Below are positions 20,984-30,983 of a stretch of DNA of 64,000 bases, piece by piece. How positions within the stretch are numbered: position 1 is the first letter of the stretch; the number at the start of each line of letters is the position of its first letter. The notes under the pieces were generated by a model. It did no database searches and had not been told where the DNA came from. It worked only from the letters and a program-made list of their open reading frames with translations. This stretch comes from a bacterium. GTDB taxonomy: Bacteria > Bacteroidota > Bacteroidia > Bacteroidales > FEN-979. Where the stretch lies: NCBI GenBank assembly GCA_037141055.1, contig JBAXDH010000004.1, positions 2,443-66,442 of the forward strand, given 5' to 3'. The translations under genes were made by a program, and so were the position numbers.

Positions 20984-21814
20984 TTATTTTTTCTTGAAAA
21001 AATAGAGCTTAAACCACTTCAGCTGCTTTGGAATCCTTGACAACATAGCCACCAGGAGCGATCCGCTCTGATCAACCGAGCGGGTAATTGTCCAGGCTCT
21101 TGCCTTTATCCCTGTTATGCGTTTAAGCTTGCCCAGGTTCGAAATTGCAAATGCCATCTTTCCGTCTTCCATCCGGGAGTCACTTTTTATGAAACCGATC
21201 TTTAAAGCTTCTTCACGCGGGAAACAAAAATTAACGCCCCCAACTGCCAGTTCCGGACGGTTAATGGTGCGTAAAGCGTGAACCATGTCCCGAAAGAATT
21301 CATAAAAGGCATACTTTAAACGCGATTCGCTTTTTTTGGTGATAAACGAATAAGTACCATACGTTGCAAATCCTTTACCTGATAGAATCGGATTTAACAT
21401 GGCATCAATCCAGGCTGATGGATAAATAGTATCCGCATCACCGGTGATAATATATTTGCCGTGCGAATTTTCCATCGCAGCCTGTCGTGCAAAACCATAA
21501 CCCTGTTTTGATTCAAAAACGGGTGTAATTCCACATTTCCTGATAATCTCTGAGGTTTTGTCCTTTGAGTTATTGTCAACAAAGATAAACTCAACCGGGT
21601 ACAAGCTCCTGATGGCACTGAGTGATGATAAATTCCGAAGGATGTTCGATTCCTCGTTCCATGCAATGATATTTACCGAAATCAAAGGTTTATCATTTTG
21701 CTGGGCTGCAAAACCAGCCCTGATACGATCGAAAACTTCCAGTGGAATTTCTTCCATCTTCTGATATTCGAAAGTATGAATTTTGACGTTCGCAGGTACA
21801 AATGGCCGAAACAT
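20984..21814 (-). CDS. Glycosyltransferase family 2
   Basis: ISVNIIAWNEE, FVDNNSKDKT and GDADT motifs. Confidence 0.75.
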   Translation of the reverse strand: MFRPFVPANVKIHTFEYQKMEEIPLEVFDRIRAGFAAQQNDKPLISVNIIAWNEESNILRNLSSLSAIRSLYPVEFIFVDNNSKDKTSEIIRKCGITPVFESKQGYGFARQAAMENSHGKYIITGDADTIYPSAWIDAMLNPILSGKGFATYGTYSFITKKSESRLKYAFYEFFRDMVHALRTINRPELAVGGVNFCFPREEALKIGFIKSDSRMEDGKMAFAISNLGKLKRITGIKARAWTITRSVDQSGSLLVAMLSRIPKQLKWFKLYFFKKK

Positions 21815-21850
21815 AGGAATTGTTTTAAACGTTTAGTCCTGATTCTGTTT

Positions 21851-23044
21851 TCATCTATTTTGGCTGATAAAGGCATAAACCGCTGAAGAGAATTGGTCGG
21901 CCCTTGATTTCCAGGAATTGGACTTTGCAAATCCAATCCTCATTTTTATTTTTTCTGAATTATCAGTTTCAAGTACCTCCGTTAACAAGTTCCTGAATTC
22001 TTCCTTGGAAGATGCAAAAGAAACATGTTCCATGAACTCCGGCAGATCAGCAAACCGGGTTATTACAACAGGTACGCCTACTGCCAGGTATTCATTTATT
22101 TTCAGAGGATATACATTTTTATTTATTTCGTTACAGAGGTAAGGGATGATGCCTGCATCACAGTTTTTTAATCGTTCAGGCACCTCCATTGGTTTTATCG
22201 GGGGAAGGAACGTTACGTTTTTAAATTGCTCCAGTACGGTTTTCACTTTATCATTCCTGACATCCCCGATAAATTCGAAGTCATAACCCGGTAAATTCCG
22301 AACAGAAAATTCAACTGTTTCAAGGTCAAAGCGTTGGTCAATACTCCCGATATAGCCGATTTTTCGCCGTTTTTCTCCCGGATGAACCTCATTTTTTGCT
22401 TCGCGGCTGAACATCTCAAAATCGACTCCGTTTTTCACAGTTACAACCTTTTGATTAAACTGCAACTTCTGGTTTTTTAAAAAATCAGAAGTAACAATGA
22501 CACCACCGGCTGTTTCAGCGAATTTCCGGTCGGCATGCCATGCGTGGATTCCGCGTTTGCCGGTGGAGAAACCGTCGTAACAATAATAAACAGTGATTTT
22601 TTCCTTGAGTTTTCCTGATAATTCTTCTCCGAAAATCGGGTTATAGGCATTGATAACGATGGGATTTGAGAATCCTAACTTACGGATTGCTCTCATTAAG
22701 GACCATTTGTATAAAAGGGAATCTATCTTTAAGATGAACTGATACAACCGCTCATTTTTAATTATATTCAACGGGATCATCGGTGGAAGAACCCAGTTGT
22801 ATACAACGGCTCCTTCTGCAGTCTTTTTGACAATCGCCTTCCTTTTCAGCCCAAGTATCCGCCAAACGGGGGCTTGTTGCTTTCCCAGCAAAGAAGTGAA
22901 AACATCCTTTATCGTGAAAGGATATTCCACATAGAGAACCCTGTTTTTTAAAGCCAGGAGTGACATAAGTTGCACAACTGATTTCGTATAGGGGCCTTCC
23001 CAGGTTGAATAAGAAACACAAATAATATTTTCTTTTTCAAGCAT
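21851..23044 (-). CDS. Glycosyltransferase family 1/4-like
   Basis: GT-B C-terminal region (PLKINEYLAVGVPVVITRFADLPEF). The ATG at 23044 (MLEKENIICV) is preferred because the listed start overlaps the upstream gene. Confidence 0.7.
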   Translation of the reverse strand: MLEKENIICVSYSTWEGPYTKSVVQLMSLLALKNRVLYVEYPFTIKDVFTSLLGKQQAPVWRILGLKRKAIVKKTAEGAVVYNWVLPPMIPLNIIKNERLYQFILKIDSLLYKWSLMRAIRKLGFSNPIVINAYNPIFGEELSGKLKEKITVYYCYDGFSTGKRGIHAWHADRKFAETAGGVIVTSDFLKNQKLQFNQKVVTVKNGVDFEMFSREAKNEVHPGEKRRKIGYIGSIDQRFDLETVEFSVRNLPGYDFEFIGDVRNDKVKTVLEQFKNVTFLPPIKPMEVPERLKNCDAGIIPYLCNEINKNVYPLKINEYLAVGVPVVITRFADLPEFMEHVSFASSKEEFRNLLTEVLETDNSEKIKMRIGFAKSNSWKSRADQFSSAVYAFISQNR

Positions 23045-23049
23045 AAGGC

Positions 23050-24189
23050 TTATTTTGGTGATAATGAGTTGTAGAGGTTTAAAACCTGGCGGGCCATATT
23101 CTCCCACGAAAAAAAGGAGGAGCGTTTCAATCCCTTACGGCTATAATCCTCGTACATTTCCCTGCTAGTAAGTAACTGCCTGATTGCGTCGGTTATTTGT
23201 TGCGGTTGAAACGGGTCAATCACAAAAGCCGCATCTCCGGCTATTTCAGGCATGGAGGAGGTGTTGGAAGTTATGACCGGTATGCCGCAGGCCATTCCCT
23301 CCAGGATGGGGATCCCAAAACTCTCCCGCAGGGATGGATATAAAAATAACTTACTTAAATTGATGATCCCGGGCAGATCTGTATTTACAATATACCCGGT
23401 GAGGTGTATGTGATCCCTGATTTCCGGGCAACCAAGATCTTTCACCAATGAGGAAAGTGCATCCTCAGGATAATCAGGCATAACTAATTTAAAATCTTCA
23501 CCTGACGAGGTTCTGAACCTCGCAAACGACTGAATCACCCCGCCGGTATTTTTCTTGGGATCAGTATTCCCCAGGAAAAAGAAGAACCGGTCAGGCAGCA
23601 TGTATTTTTCTTTTATCCTGTTCAACTCCGAGGGATCACTGATGGGCCTGAAATGTTGACTCACCCCGTTATAGACCGTCTTCAACCGGTCAGTTTCCAA
23701 CCCGAAAAACCGGCATATCCTGTCACGTTCAAAATCAGAAACGGTGATGACCATCCTGCTTTTTCTTACCACCGGCGGCACGACCCAGCGCCGGTAAACA
23801 TTTCCCAGTTTCTGGTACCAGCTTCCTGCCTTTCCGAAAAGCATCAGCTTTTCAAGGTAAATAATATCATGAAGCGTTATCATGAGTGGTACCGTGGAAA
23901 AGACCGGAGCTGTATTGCTGGTGCAGTGCAGCAGGTCGCAGTGGTGTTTTTTTGCGGCCCGGGGGAGCAGAACCTGTTCCCAGAAAGGGTAAAAGCCTCC
24001 TTTGAGCTTTACAATATGGAAATTGTCGGTTTCATGGATGACGTTGCAGTCGGTGTCAGGTTTTACAAAGATGAAATATTCATTTTCTGTATCTATTCTT
24101 TGCAGGTTTCTTATCAATTCCAGTGCCACCATGTCCATCCCATGTTTTTTAGGACGGAAAATCCGTTGTGCTTCAATACCGATTCTCAT
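23050..24189 (-). CDS. Glycosyltransferase family 4 (GT-B)
   Basis: ESFGIPILEGMACGIPVITSNTSSMPEIAGDAA (EX7E region). Confidence 0.85.
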   Translation of the reverse strand: MRIGIEAQRIFRPKKHGMDMVALELIRNLQRIDTENEYFIFVKPDTDCNVIHETDNFHIVKLKGGFYPFWEQVLLPRAAKKHHCDLLHCTSNTAPVFSTVPLMITLHDIIYLEKLMLFGKAGSWYQKLGNVYRRWVVPPVVRKSRMVITVSDFERDRICRFFGLETDRLKTVYNGVSQHFRPISDPSELNRIKEKYMLPDRFFFFLGNTDPKKNTGGVIQSFARFRTSSGEDFKLVMPDYPEDALSSLVKDLGCPEIRDHIHLTGYIVNTDLPGIINLSKLFLYPSLRESFGIPILEGMACGIPVITSNTSSMPEIAGDAAFVIDPFQPQQITDAIRQLLTSREMYEDYSRKGLKRSSFFSWENMARQVLNLYNSLSPK

Positions 24190-24251
24190 GGAAATAAGTT
24201 CTTTACCCGGTTTATGTATGATGAAATATAGCCAAAAGATGACATGGTTTG

Positions 24252-25457
24252 CTATTTATTAGTTGTTCCGTGTGTTGTATGAATGAAGTTTTTATCAGCT
24301 CCCTTGAGTTTAAAAAGCAGGCTGAACATAGTAATGAAAGCACCTGGAAGTTCCTTTAATGCCAGTAAAGTGTTCATATTGTAGTATTTTCGTGGAACCG
24401 ATATGAGGAGGGCAACAATGGTGAGGGACCAAAGAATCATCCATGCCGACAACGGAATGGACAGCCACGTGTCCAGTGGAGGAATTACCAGGCGTAAGGC
24501 ATCGATCAGTAAAAGTGCCGTTATACTTCCTAAATGAATGACCCTGGGGGGCAGGATCATCTGGATCAGTTTGTCAAAAAGATCGATGTTCCCTTTGAAA
24601 ACCAGTTGTTTTAACCCGATGCCAAAATAATTCGTAAAAGATACCAGCTGGGCTGACAGCCAGCGTTTGCGCTGCTTGGCAAAGATCTCAACTTCCTGCA
24701 CTTTTTCGTCAAAAACCAGGGCATGATGAAGGTACTCTATTTTAATGCCATTCATGAAAAGCTTGACCTCCAGTTCTTTGTCTTCGCCGTGAGCTGTGAC
24801 CTCCAGCATGATCTCTTTATAAAGACCATATTTTAATGCCATTCCTGAGCCAATTAACGCGGATGAAAGGCCTAAAACACGATGCCCTTTTCTGAATATA
24901 TGGTTGTTGATTTCTTCACTTATAGCATCCAGAATGGCAAAACGGGTATTGATATTTTTAGCCACCCTGTGCCCCTGGACAACCTGATGACCCTGTTCAA
25001 ATGCCTCGTTGATCCGTTCGAGGAAATCGGGTGCCATAAAATTATCTGCATCAAGAACCACCGCGATCTCATAACCAGGGCTTATCAGGGACATTGCATT
25101 GTTGAGGGCTTTGGCCTTGGAACTTTTTTCAAACGATACCTCTATGACCTGTACATTCATGCTCCTGAGGTCCTTAATAGTCTCCGGCCGGAAAGAATCC
25201 GCGATGATGAAGACGTCAAACAGGTTGGCAGGATACGTTTGTTTCAGTGATTCCCGTGCAGTTTCAACAATAACATTATCTTCCTTATATCCGGGAATCA
25301 ACACGGCAATTCTTCGGCGTACAGTTACCGTTAACAACTTTGGCCGGTACCTGAAGCCTCCCGCCAACCCGAAAATGAACAGGTAGCATGTAGTAAACCC
25401 CAAATAAATGAATATCAAATATTCTATAGCCTGAAAAATGTAATTTAGAAATAACAT
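24252..25457 (-). CDS. Membrane glycosyltransferase family 2
   Basis: N-terminal TM helix, IAVLIPGYKEDNV and LDADN motifs, and C-terminal TM helices. Confidence 0.8.
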   Translation of the reverse strand: MLFLNYIFQAIEYLIFIYLGFTTCYLFIFGLAGGFRYRPKLLTVTVRRRIAVLIPGYKEDNVIVETARESLKQTYPANLFDVFIIADSFRPETIKDLRSMNVQVIEVSFEKSSKAKALNNAMSLISPGYEIAVVLDADNFMAPDFLERINEAFEQGHQVVQGHRVAKNINTRFAILDAISEEINNHIFRKGHRVLGLSSALIGSGMALKYGLYKEIMLEVTAHGEDKELEVKLFMNGIKIEYLHHALVFDEKVQEVEIFAKQRKRWLSAQLVSFTNYFGIGLKQLVFKGNIDLFDKLIQMILPPRVIHLGSITALLLIDALRLVIPPLDTWLSIPLSAWMILWSLTIVALLISVPRKYYNMNTLLALKELPGAFITMFSLLFKLKGADKNFIHTTHGTTNK

Positions 25458-25470
25458 ATTTGTGCAATTG

Positions 25471-26385
25471 TTAAATTAAGTTATCCCTGCAACTGTTTTT
25501 AAAGTTCCATAAGATGCCTTTCAGATAAGCTTTCAGGTGTTCCTGCTGATGCTTCACCAAAAGGAGAACGGTGTTTTTCGGAAAGGATATGAATGTCTGG
25601 AAAAAAAGGCTGAAAAGAAAAGGCAAACCGCGAAAGTTCCTCCTTGCGAACAATAAACGGTTCCGGGTCAGGTAGTAAGTGATCAGCGGACTGTTCTTTC
25701 CGGTCGATATTGATTCCTTGTGCAGGATAAAACTGGCTGGCTGATAGTAAATTTTATAACCTGCCCGCTTGATCATTTCGGCCCAGTCGTGTTCTTCATA
25801 GTAAAGGAAAAAGATTTCAGGCATAAGCCCAACCTCGTCGATCACGCGGCGCGGGATCATCATTGCTGCACCATGAACTGAATTGGTAGAGGTAAGTTGG
25901 TCGAATTCAGGACTGTCAGGTTGCCTGTAACCAACTGCCTTGTTCCGAATTGTCCAGGGGTTCATGCGTGTAAAACCCGCGTATTGAACTAAGCCGGGCT
26001 CCTGAAAGTATTTTATCTTAGGACTTACCGCACCTATCTCCGGTCGGTTTTCAAGCAGTTCAACCATTGGTTCCATGATGTGTGCAGGAACTTCGGTATC
26101 ATTGTTCAGGAAAAATAGATATTTGCCTTTTGCAACACGGATCCCCAGGTTATTTCCCCCTGCAAAACCAAGGTTTTCCTTGCTTTTAATCAGGATGATC
26201 CCGGGGTAAAGTTCTTTAATCCTGTCGGGTGTGTCATTGGGCGAAGCGTTGTCAACAACAATGATCTCCATGTTCGGATAGCTGATCTTTTGTAATGACT
26301 GCAAAAGTTCACAGGTAACGGATGACTGGTTATAATTTACCGTGATGACGGATATCAACGGGTATTTGTCTTCTTCAGTTTTCAT
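25471..26385 (-). CDS. Glycosyltransferase family 2
   Basis: ISVITVNYNQ, VVDNASPNDT, NLGFAGGNNLG and LNNDT motifs. The ATG at 26385 (MKTEEDKYPL) is preferred. It overlaps the upstream gene end by 11 nt. Confidence 0.85.
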   Translation of the reverse strand: MKTEEDKYPLISVITVNYNQSSVTCELLQSLQKISYPNMEIIVVDNASPNDTPDRIKELYPGIILIKSKENLGFAGGNNLGIRVAKGKYLFFLNNDTEVPAHIMEPMVELLENRPEIGAVSPKIKYFQEPGLVQYAGFTRMNPWTIRNKAVGYRQPDSPEFDQLTSTNSVHGAAMMIPRRVIDEVGLMPEIFFLYYEEHDWAEMIKRAGYKIYYQPASFILHKESISTGKNSPLITYYLTRNRLLFARRNFRGLPFLFSLFFQTFISFPKNTVLLLVKHQQEHLKAYLKGILWNFKNSCRDNLI

Positions 26386-27862
26386 GAGCAACACCATTGA
26401 TAAGAAGTTTGTTTTCAAGCTCAAGTGTTTCCTCCCGGTCAAATTTAGGGGCAAGGTACATAAATGCCATGCAGCTGTATAGTAATACACCAACAGGCAT
26501 CTGACCGAGCACAGGATTTCCATAAGACGCTGCCATTACTCCAAACATGCCTGCTGTCATTGCAATGGTTTCTGTTTTTACAGTATTACTCTTTATTTTA
26601 AACATCACAATATACGATATCTTCCCCAGGATATAAAACAGGATACATAAATGCAGGATCAAACCGACCATTCCCCCTTCCATCCAGATCATAACATACC
26701 AGGAGTCGGTTGGCACTGTTGAAAGAAAAGAGCCAGGATTGTATTTTTGCCCCAGAGTTCCTGTAGCGCCCAGACCTCCTCCAAAGGGACGGGTTGACAG
26801 GTATCCCTTGATCCGTTGCTGGTTGATCAGCCGGGTTTGCAGGGAGGCATCTTCGGGGTTGAAGGCAGTTCGCATTCTGCGGATGGTACCGTTACCCTGA
26901 CCAATAAAAGTGTAGTTAAAGAAAACGAAAACCACTAAAAGAACAGATGCTCCAATGAGCAATATTTTACTGTTTTTACGCAGGATAATGTAAAGGATCA
27001 AACCGGCAAACGGAACCGCTATAGCTCCCCTGGTTCCGGAAATCATCATCCCAAAGATGCCGAGGAGGGCCACTACCGCATAAAATTTGCTCCTCCAGAA
27101 GCTCTTTTCTCCCATTGCGAGGATGCCAAATACAACACCTGCAGTCCCCTGGGCCGCCCCGAACTGGCCGGCATCGGAAAAGAATGAAAACACCCTGAGT
27201 TCACCAAACAGTAAATGCTGGGCTGCCCCTCCCTCATCCAGCCATCGTTGTTCAAAAGGATCGACACCGATGTACTTTTGTTGAATACCCTTCAGGGTTC
27301 CCAGCACTGAAAAAATACCCCAGAGCAGAAAAAAAAAGCGAAGGTCGGACCGTTTGTTGAAAATGATAAAAATAAGGGGAATTGTGAGTATCATATAAAG
27401 GGATATTCCACGCACCGCATAAAACCAGGCCACCCTGCTCCCTGCTTCCGGGTTGACAAGTTCCATAAGGCAATATCCAAGCCAGATAAGGGCAATCAGG
27501 GTCATTTCATTTGCTGCATTACCCCATTCAACCTTCCGGTGAAAAGTTCGAAAAAAAAGACTCAGATAAGTTAAAACTAAAAGTATGTCGACTGTCAGAC
27601 CCCATGGGACTACATTGATATAACGGTAAATCCCCAATGCAAAAAAATTAAGGGTGTAAACCGCGATTAAACCATTCCGGGGGTTATGAAAAATAACAGA
27701 TACAAAAAAAACAGCCAATGGAATAACCATAAACATCATTCCTGCTATTATTCCCCCGTCAGCAATTATCAGCGCAATAAAAAAAGAGCATATCAGCATA
27801 AAACCGATAACCTCTGGTTTTTTCAGTCTTTCTGCTCCTCTTTTAAGCTCGATTTCGTTCAT
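26375..27862 (-). CDS. O-antigen polymerase/ligase family membrane protein (Wzy-like)
   Basis: 495 aa with about 10-12 TM helices and one larger loop. The call rests on locus context, with no sharp motif. Confidence 0.6.
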   Translation of the reverse strand: MNEIELKRGAERLKKPEVIGFMLICSFFIALIIADGGIIAGMMFMVIPLAVFFVSVIFHNPRNGLIAVYTLNFFALGIYRYINVVPWGLTVDILLVLTYLSLFFRTFHRKVEWGNAANEMTLIALIWLGYCLMELVNPEAGSRVAWFYAVRGISLYMILTIPLIFIIFNKRSDLRFFFLLWGIFSVLGTLKGIQQKYIGVDPFEQRWLDEGGAAQHLLFGELRVFSFFSDAGQFGAAQGTAGVVFGILAMGEKSFWRSKFYAVVALLGIFGMMISGTRGAIAVPFAGLILYIILRKNSKILLIGASVLLVVFVFFNYTFIGQGNGTIRRMRTAFNPEDASLQTRLINQQRIKGYLSTRPFGGGLGATGTLGQKYNPGSFLSTVPTDSWYVMIWMEGGMVGLILHLCILFYILGKISYIVMFKIKSNTVKTETIAMTAGMFGVMAASYGNPVLGQMPVGVLLYSCMAFMYLAPKFDREETLELENKLLINGVAHEN

Positions 27863-27895
27863 GTTTCCCTTTTATGGATCATAGTGAGGAAAATC

Positions 27896-30115
27896 TCAGC
27901 TGAGACGTTTGTCATTGAACTGGTTCGTCAATAGTTGCTTTATCTTTAAGCGAATCCACGACCTTTTTTTAGGCAATTCTCCAACGAGCGATTCCATCTC
28001 TTCGAGTGCAACGCCATTGAGCAATATACGGGGTTTCACCGGATCCGTCACTGCCAGTACTTCAGCCAATATATTGGCATCTGCTTTTGACCATGACCGG
28101 TTGGCTCTGCAAACCAAAAAGCAATTATTTGCACTTTTAAAAAGATTTACCGGAAATGATGAATGCAAAACACCCGGAAATTCGACGAAAATAAATGAGT
28201 AGTTATCCCAATCCGGCACTAAATCGGGGGTTTCAAGATTCCGGAAAGAGGAAATCCGGTAAAAATCCCTGGAAACGACATATTGTGCGATATCAAAATC
28301 TGTTTTGTCCATCTGGGGTGCCTCATGGGGACAGAGTAACAGTACTTTATGTCCGATACTGCTTAATTGTGCTGCAATTCGTTGCAAAAGGAAACTTTTT
28401 CCTTCGTTCTCAAGCGTGCTGAAAGCAATACAACTGACGGGACCTTTTTCTTTTTGAATGGTAATTGAATGCAGGATCAGCTTTCGTATTATGGCATCTA
28501 TGCTTTTCTTTTCAATATAGTCGACATCTATCTTTTTCTTTCTTTTTTTACTGATGACAGGGAAAATGCTTTCGACCACCAGACCTGTTTCACTGGTTGC
28601 TTTAGCCGCATTTCGAAGGGACGAATCCATCAGGTCAAGTGCAAGGATTGAAAGCAGGGTTATCAACAACCCGACCAAAGCAGCGGCAATAATCAGCATT
28701 TTACGTTTATCGGGTTGCGGATGGGTTGGATAGTTCGGAGGATCAAGGATGGTGTTGGCTGATGATACTTCAACGCTCTGTTGTTTTAGTTTTGCCAGTC
28801 CTAAATTTTTCACGAGCGACATGTATTCATCTTCGGCAATATTGATCTTCCGCTCCAGCCTTCGCATCATTGCCCCCATGGGTGCATACTGGGAATAGAT
28901 CACATTGAATTCCTCACGAAGGTTATTCATGGTAATGACCTGGGCATTCGTTCCCTCAAATTCAATGGTCGCTGAAAGCCAGTCGGAGACGACTGTTTTT
29001 TCAGGTACATTTGTTACTCCTCTGGTCTGCTGATACAGGGAGTCCACAACGGCTTTCATCCGTGATTTTAATTCAGATGATTTTTGGGTGAGGGACTTGT
29101 ACGTCGCTGATTCCACCGGGTTTTTTTCTCCTGCATCTGCGATCGGTTGAATGGCTGCAATGCGCTCATTTACTTTTGACAGCTCAACCCTGAGGCTTAA
29201 TAATTCCGAGCTGGTCAGCCTCCGCTTGATTTCCGGGGTCAATTTTTTTTCCAACAGGTCAATAACAGCTTTCGATGCAGAATTTTTCTTGAGCACCTCC
29301 TGGTATCCCATCTCGAATTGCTCCTTACGTCCTGCAATAAATGTACTTTGTTCATTATAGTTGATTATTTTATTGACCTTGTTGAATTCAAGAAGTTCAT
29401 CCTCGGCAACCTTCAACCGTTCGACAGACTTATTGACCTCACTTTCAAAATATTCCACTGCATTTTCTGACTGGCCGGCTTTCTGAACTTTGTAGGCCTG
29501 TTTATATGCCTTTACGAGATATACCAGGGTTTGCTGACATATCCCCGCGTCGTCCGATTCATAGGAAAGTTCGATGTTATCGCTGTTTTGTAAACGCTTT
29601 ACACTGAGTTTTCCCAGGATGGTAGCCGGATTATAATAGCTGTTCTTTACACGGATCAGGTTGGAAACAAAGTTGTTATTCGAGGACTCCATATATTGTC
29701 GCAGACCGGCAAGTGTCTTTTCAAAGTCACCCTGAACTATTAGCTTTTTTACATCCGCAGGAACATTCTTCATGATTTCATCATAATGGTTCTGCTGTAT
29801 AATTCCCGGATCGGCCTTTTTAAGTATCAGGTGACTCGCAAACAGCGAAAGTCCTGTCGTTTCAAGTGTTGTATTCGATTTGATGATGCCCATCAGGTTA
29901 TCGAACTGGGTGGTGACTGTATTAAAAGTAAATCCCGTCAAATCAACGGAATTGCCAGTGGCGAGGCTGGTAAAGACAGTAGTCTGCGATTTGTATGTTA
30001 GTGGTTCATTCCTGGTAAAAATAAATACCGTAACGGCCAGGATGAAGGGAACAGACAGAATTAGAAAAATATGCCGCAGAAGAAGCCGGACAAAAAACAC
30101 TAGGGAGAACTTCAT
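27896..30115 (-). CDS. Polysaccharide co-polymerase, Wzc/GumC-like, with a degenerate C-terminal P-loop domain
   Basis: 739 aa. TM helix, long coiled-coil periplasmic region, second TM helix (MLIIAAALVGLLITLLSILAL), then a domain with ENEGKSF (Walker A-like). FVEFPG replaces the usual IIDTPP, and there is no Tyr-rich tail. Confidence 0.7.
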   Translation of the reverse strand: MKFSLVFFVRLLLRHIFLILSVPFILAVTVFIFTRNEPLTYKSQTTVFTSLATGNSVDLTGFTFNTVTTQFDNLMGIIKSNTTLETTGLSLFASHLILKKADPGIIQQNHYDEIMKNVPADVKKLIVQGDFEKTLAGLRQYMESSNNNFVSNLIRVKNSYYNPATILGKLSVKRLQNSDNIELSYESDDAGICQQTLVYLVKAYKQAYKVQKAGQSENAVEYFESEVNKSVERLKVAEDELLEFNKVNKIINYNEQSTFIAGRKEQFEMGYQEVLKKNSASKAVIDLLEKKLTPEIKRRLTSSELLSLRVELSKVNERIAAIQPIADAGEKNPVESATYKSLTQKSSELKSRMKAVVDSLYQQTRGVTNVPEKTVVSDWLSATIEFEGTNAQVITMNNLREEFNVIYSQYAPMGAMMRRLERKINIAEDEYMSLVKNLGLAKLKQQSVEVSSANTILDPPNYPTHPQPDKRKMLIIAAALVGLLITLLSILALDLMDSSLRNAAKATSETGLVVESIFPVISKKRKKKIDVDYIEKKSIDAIIRKLILHSITIQKEKGPVSCIAFSTLENEGKSFLLQRIAAQLSSIGHKVLLLCPHEAPQMDKTDFDIAQYVVSRDFYRISSFRNLETPDLVPDWDNYSFIFVEFPGVLHSSFPVNLFKSANNCFLVCRANRSWSKADANILAEVLAVTDPVKPRILLNGVALEEMESLVGELPKKRSWIRLKIKQLLTNQFNDKRLS

Positions 30116-30142
30116 TACAGGGTAAATTTGGTTGTTTTTTGT

Positions 30143-30964
30143 TTACCTGATTCGAAAACCAATTATTTCTTCGAGTAACCACAAGGCTTTTTGAAAATCA
30201 TACCGGGCTTTGCTCAAATCAATCTTCGCCATCGAATAGGATATCCTCAATGAGGAGGTCTCAGAAACAGAAATCTGGTTGCTCATAAAATCCTTTTCTG
30301 CATTTTCCATGATGATGGTCTGATCATCAAAATTTTCAAATAGAATTTTATAGCTCTCATAGCTATTCATCAGGTTGTTATAGCGATTATAAACTTCTTC
30401 CCTGAGTTGTTTTATCAGCAGTTGTTTATTGCTTTGAGTTTGTTCTTGTTCAATTTTCGCCACCTTATAATCATAATGGTCGAAAAATGAGATGACGGGA
30501 ATTTTAAGGGTCAGACCGAATGAATACCGGGCCTGGGCACTGGCGGAGCTGGTCGGCTGAACGGGGGATACGGTACTGTTGTTTATGTCATAAAACTGCC
30601 CATAAGAGAAGATGCCCCCTGCATTAATGATATCTTTGGTCCATTCACTTCTTGCATGTTTTATATCCAGGTTGCTCTTCTGAAGACTTAAATTCTGTAC
30701 CTTGATTATAGGAGCATGTGTAATGGCAGAATCGATAAGTGTTTCAATGGATGGAATCCGTAATAAAAAACTATCTGCTTCAAGAACAGACGGCAAAACG
30801 GTGGGGATGGAATCAGGCAGGTTTGATTGTGCCATGGATTGAATGGAGAGAAAAAGAAAAACCAGGCATGAAAACAGGCAAGGGTGAAATCTTTCAGGCG
30901 ATTTTATCCCCTGCAAGCGCATTTTCAATTTATATTGTTTAGAAAGAAAATTCGTAGTTTTCAT
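30143..30964 (-). CDS. Exported protein resembling a single TolC/OEP repeat
   Basis: 273 aa. Signal peptide (VFLFLSIQSMAQS), then a helix / beta-hairpin / helix pattern. It ends YDFQKALWLLEEIIG, as in the outer-membrane efflux protein family, but is about half the normal length. Confidence 0.4.
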   Translation of the reverse strand: MKTTNFLSKQYKLKMRLQGIKSPERFHPCLFSCLVFLFLSIQSMAQSNLPDSIPTVLPSVLEADSFLLRIPSIETLIDSAITHAPIIKVQNLSLQKSNLDIKHARSEWTKDIINAGGIFSYGQFYDINNSTVSPVQPTSSASAQARYSFGLTLKIPVISFFDHYDYKVAKIEQEQTQSNKQLLIKQLREEVYNRYNNLMNSYESYKILFENFDDQTIIMENAEKDFMSNQISVSETSSLRISYSMAKIDLSKARYDFQKALWLLEEIIGFRIR

Positions 30965-30983
30965 ATCATCAATGAGATGTAAA

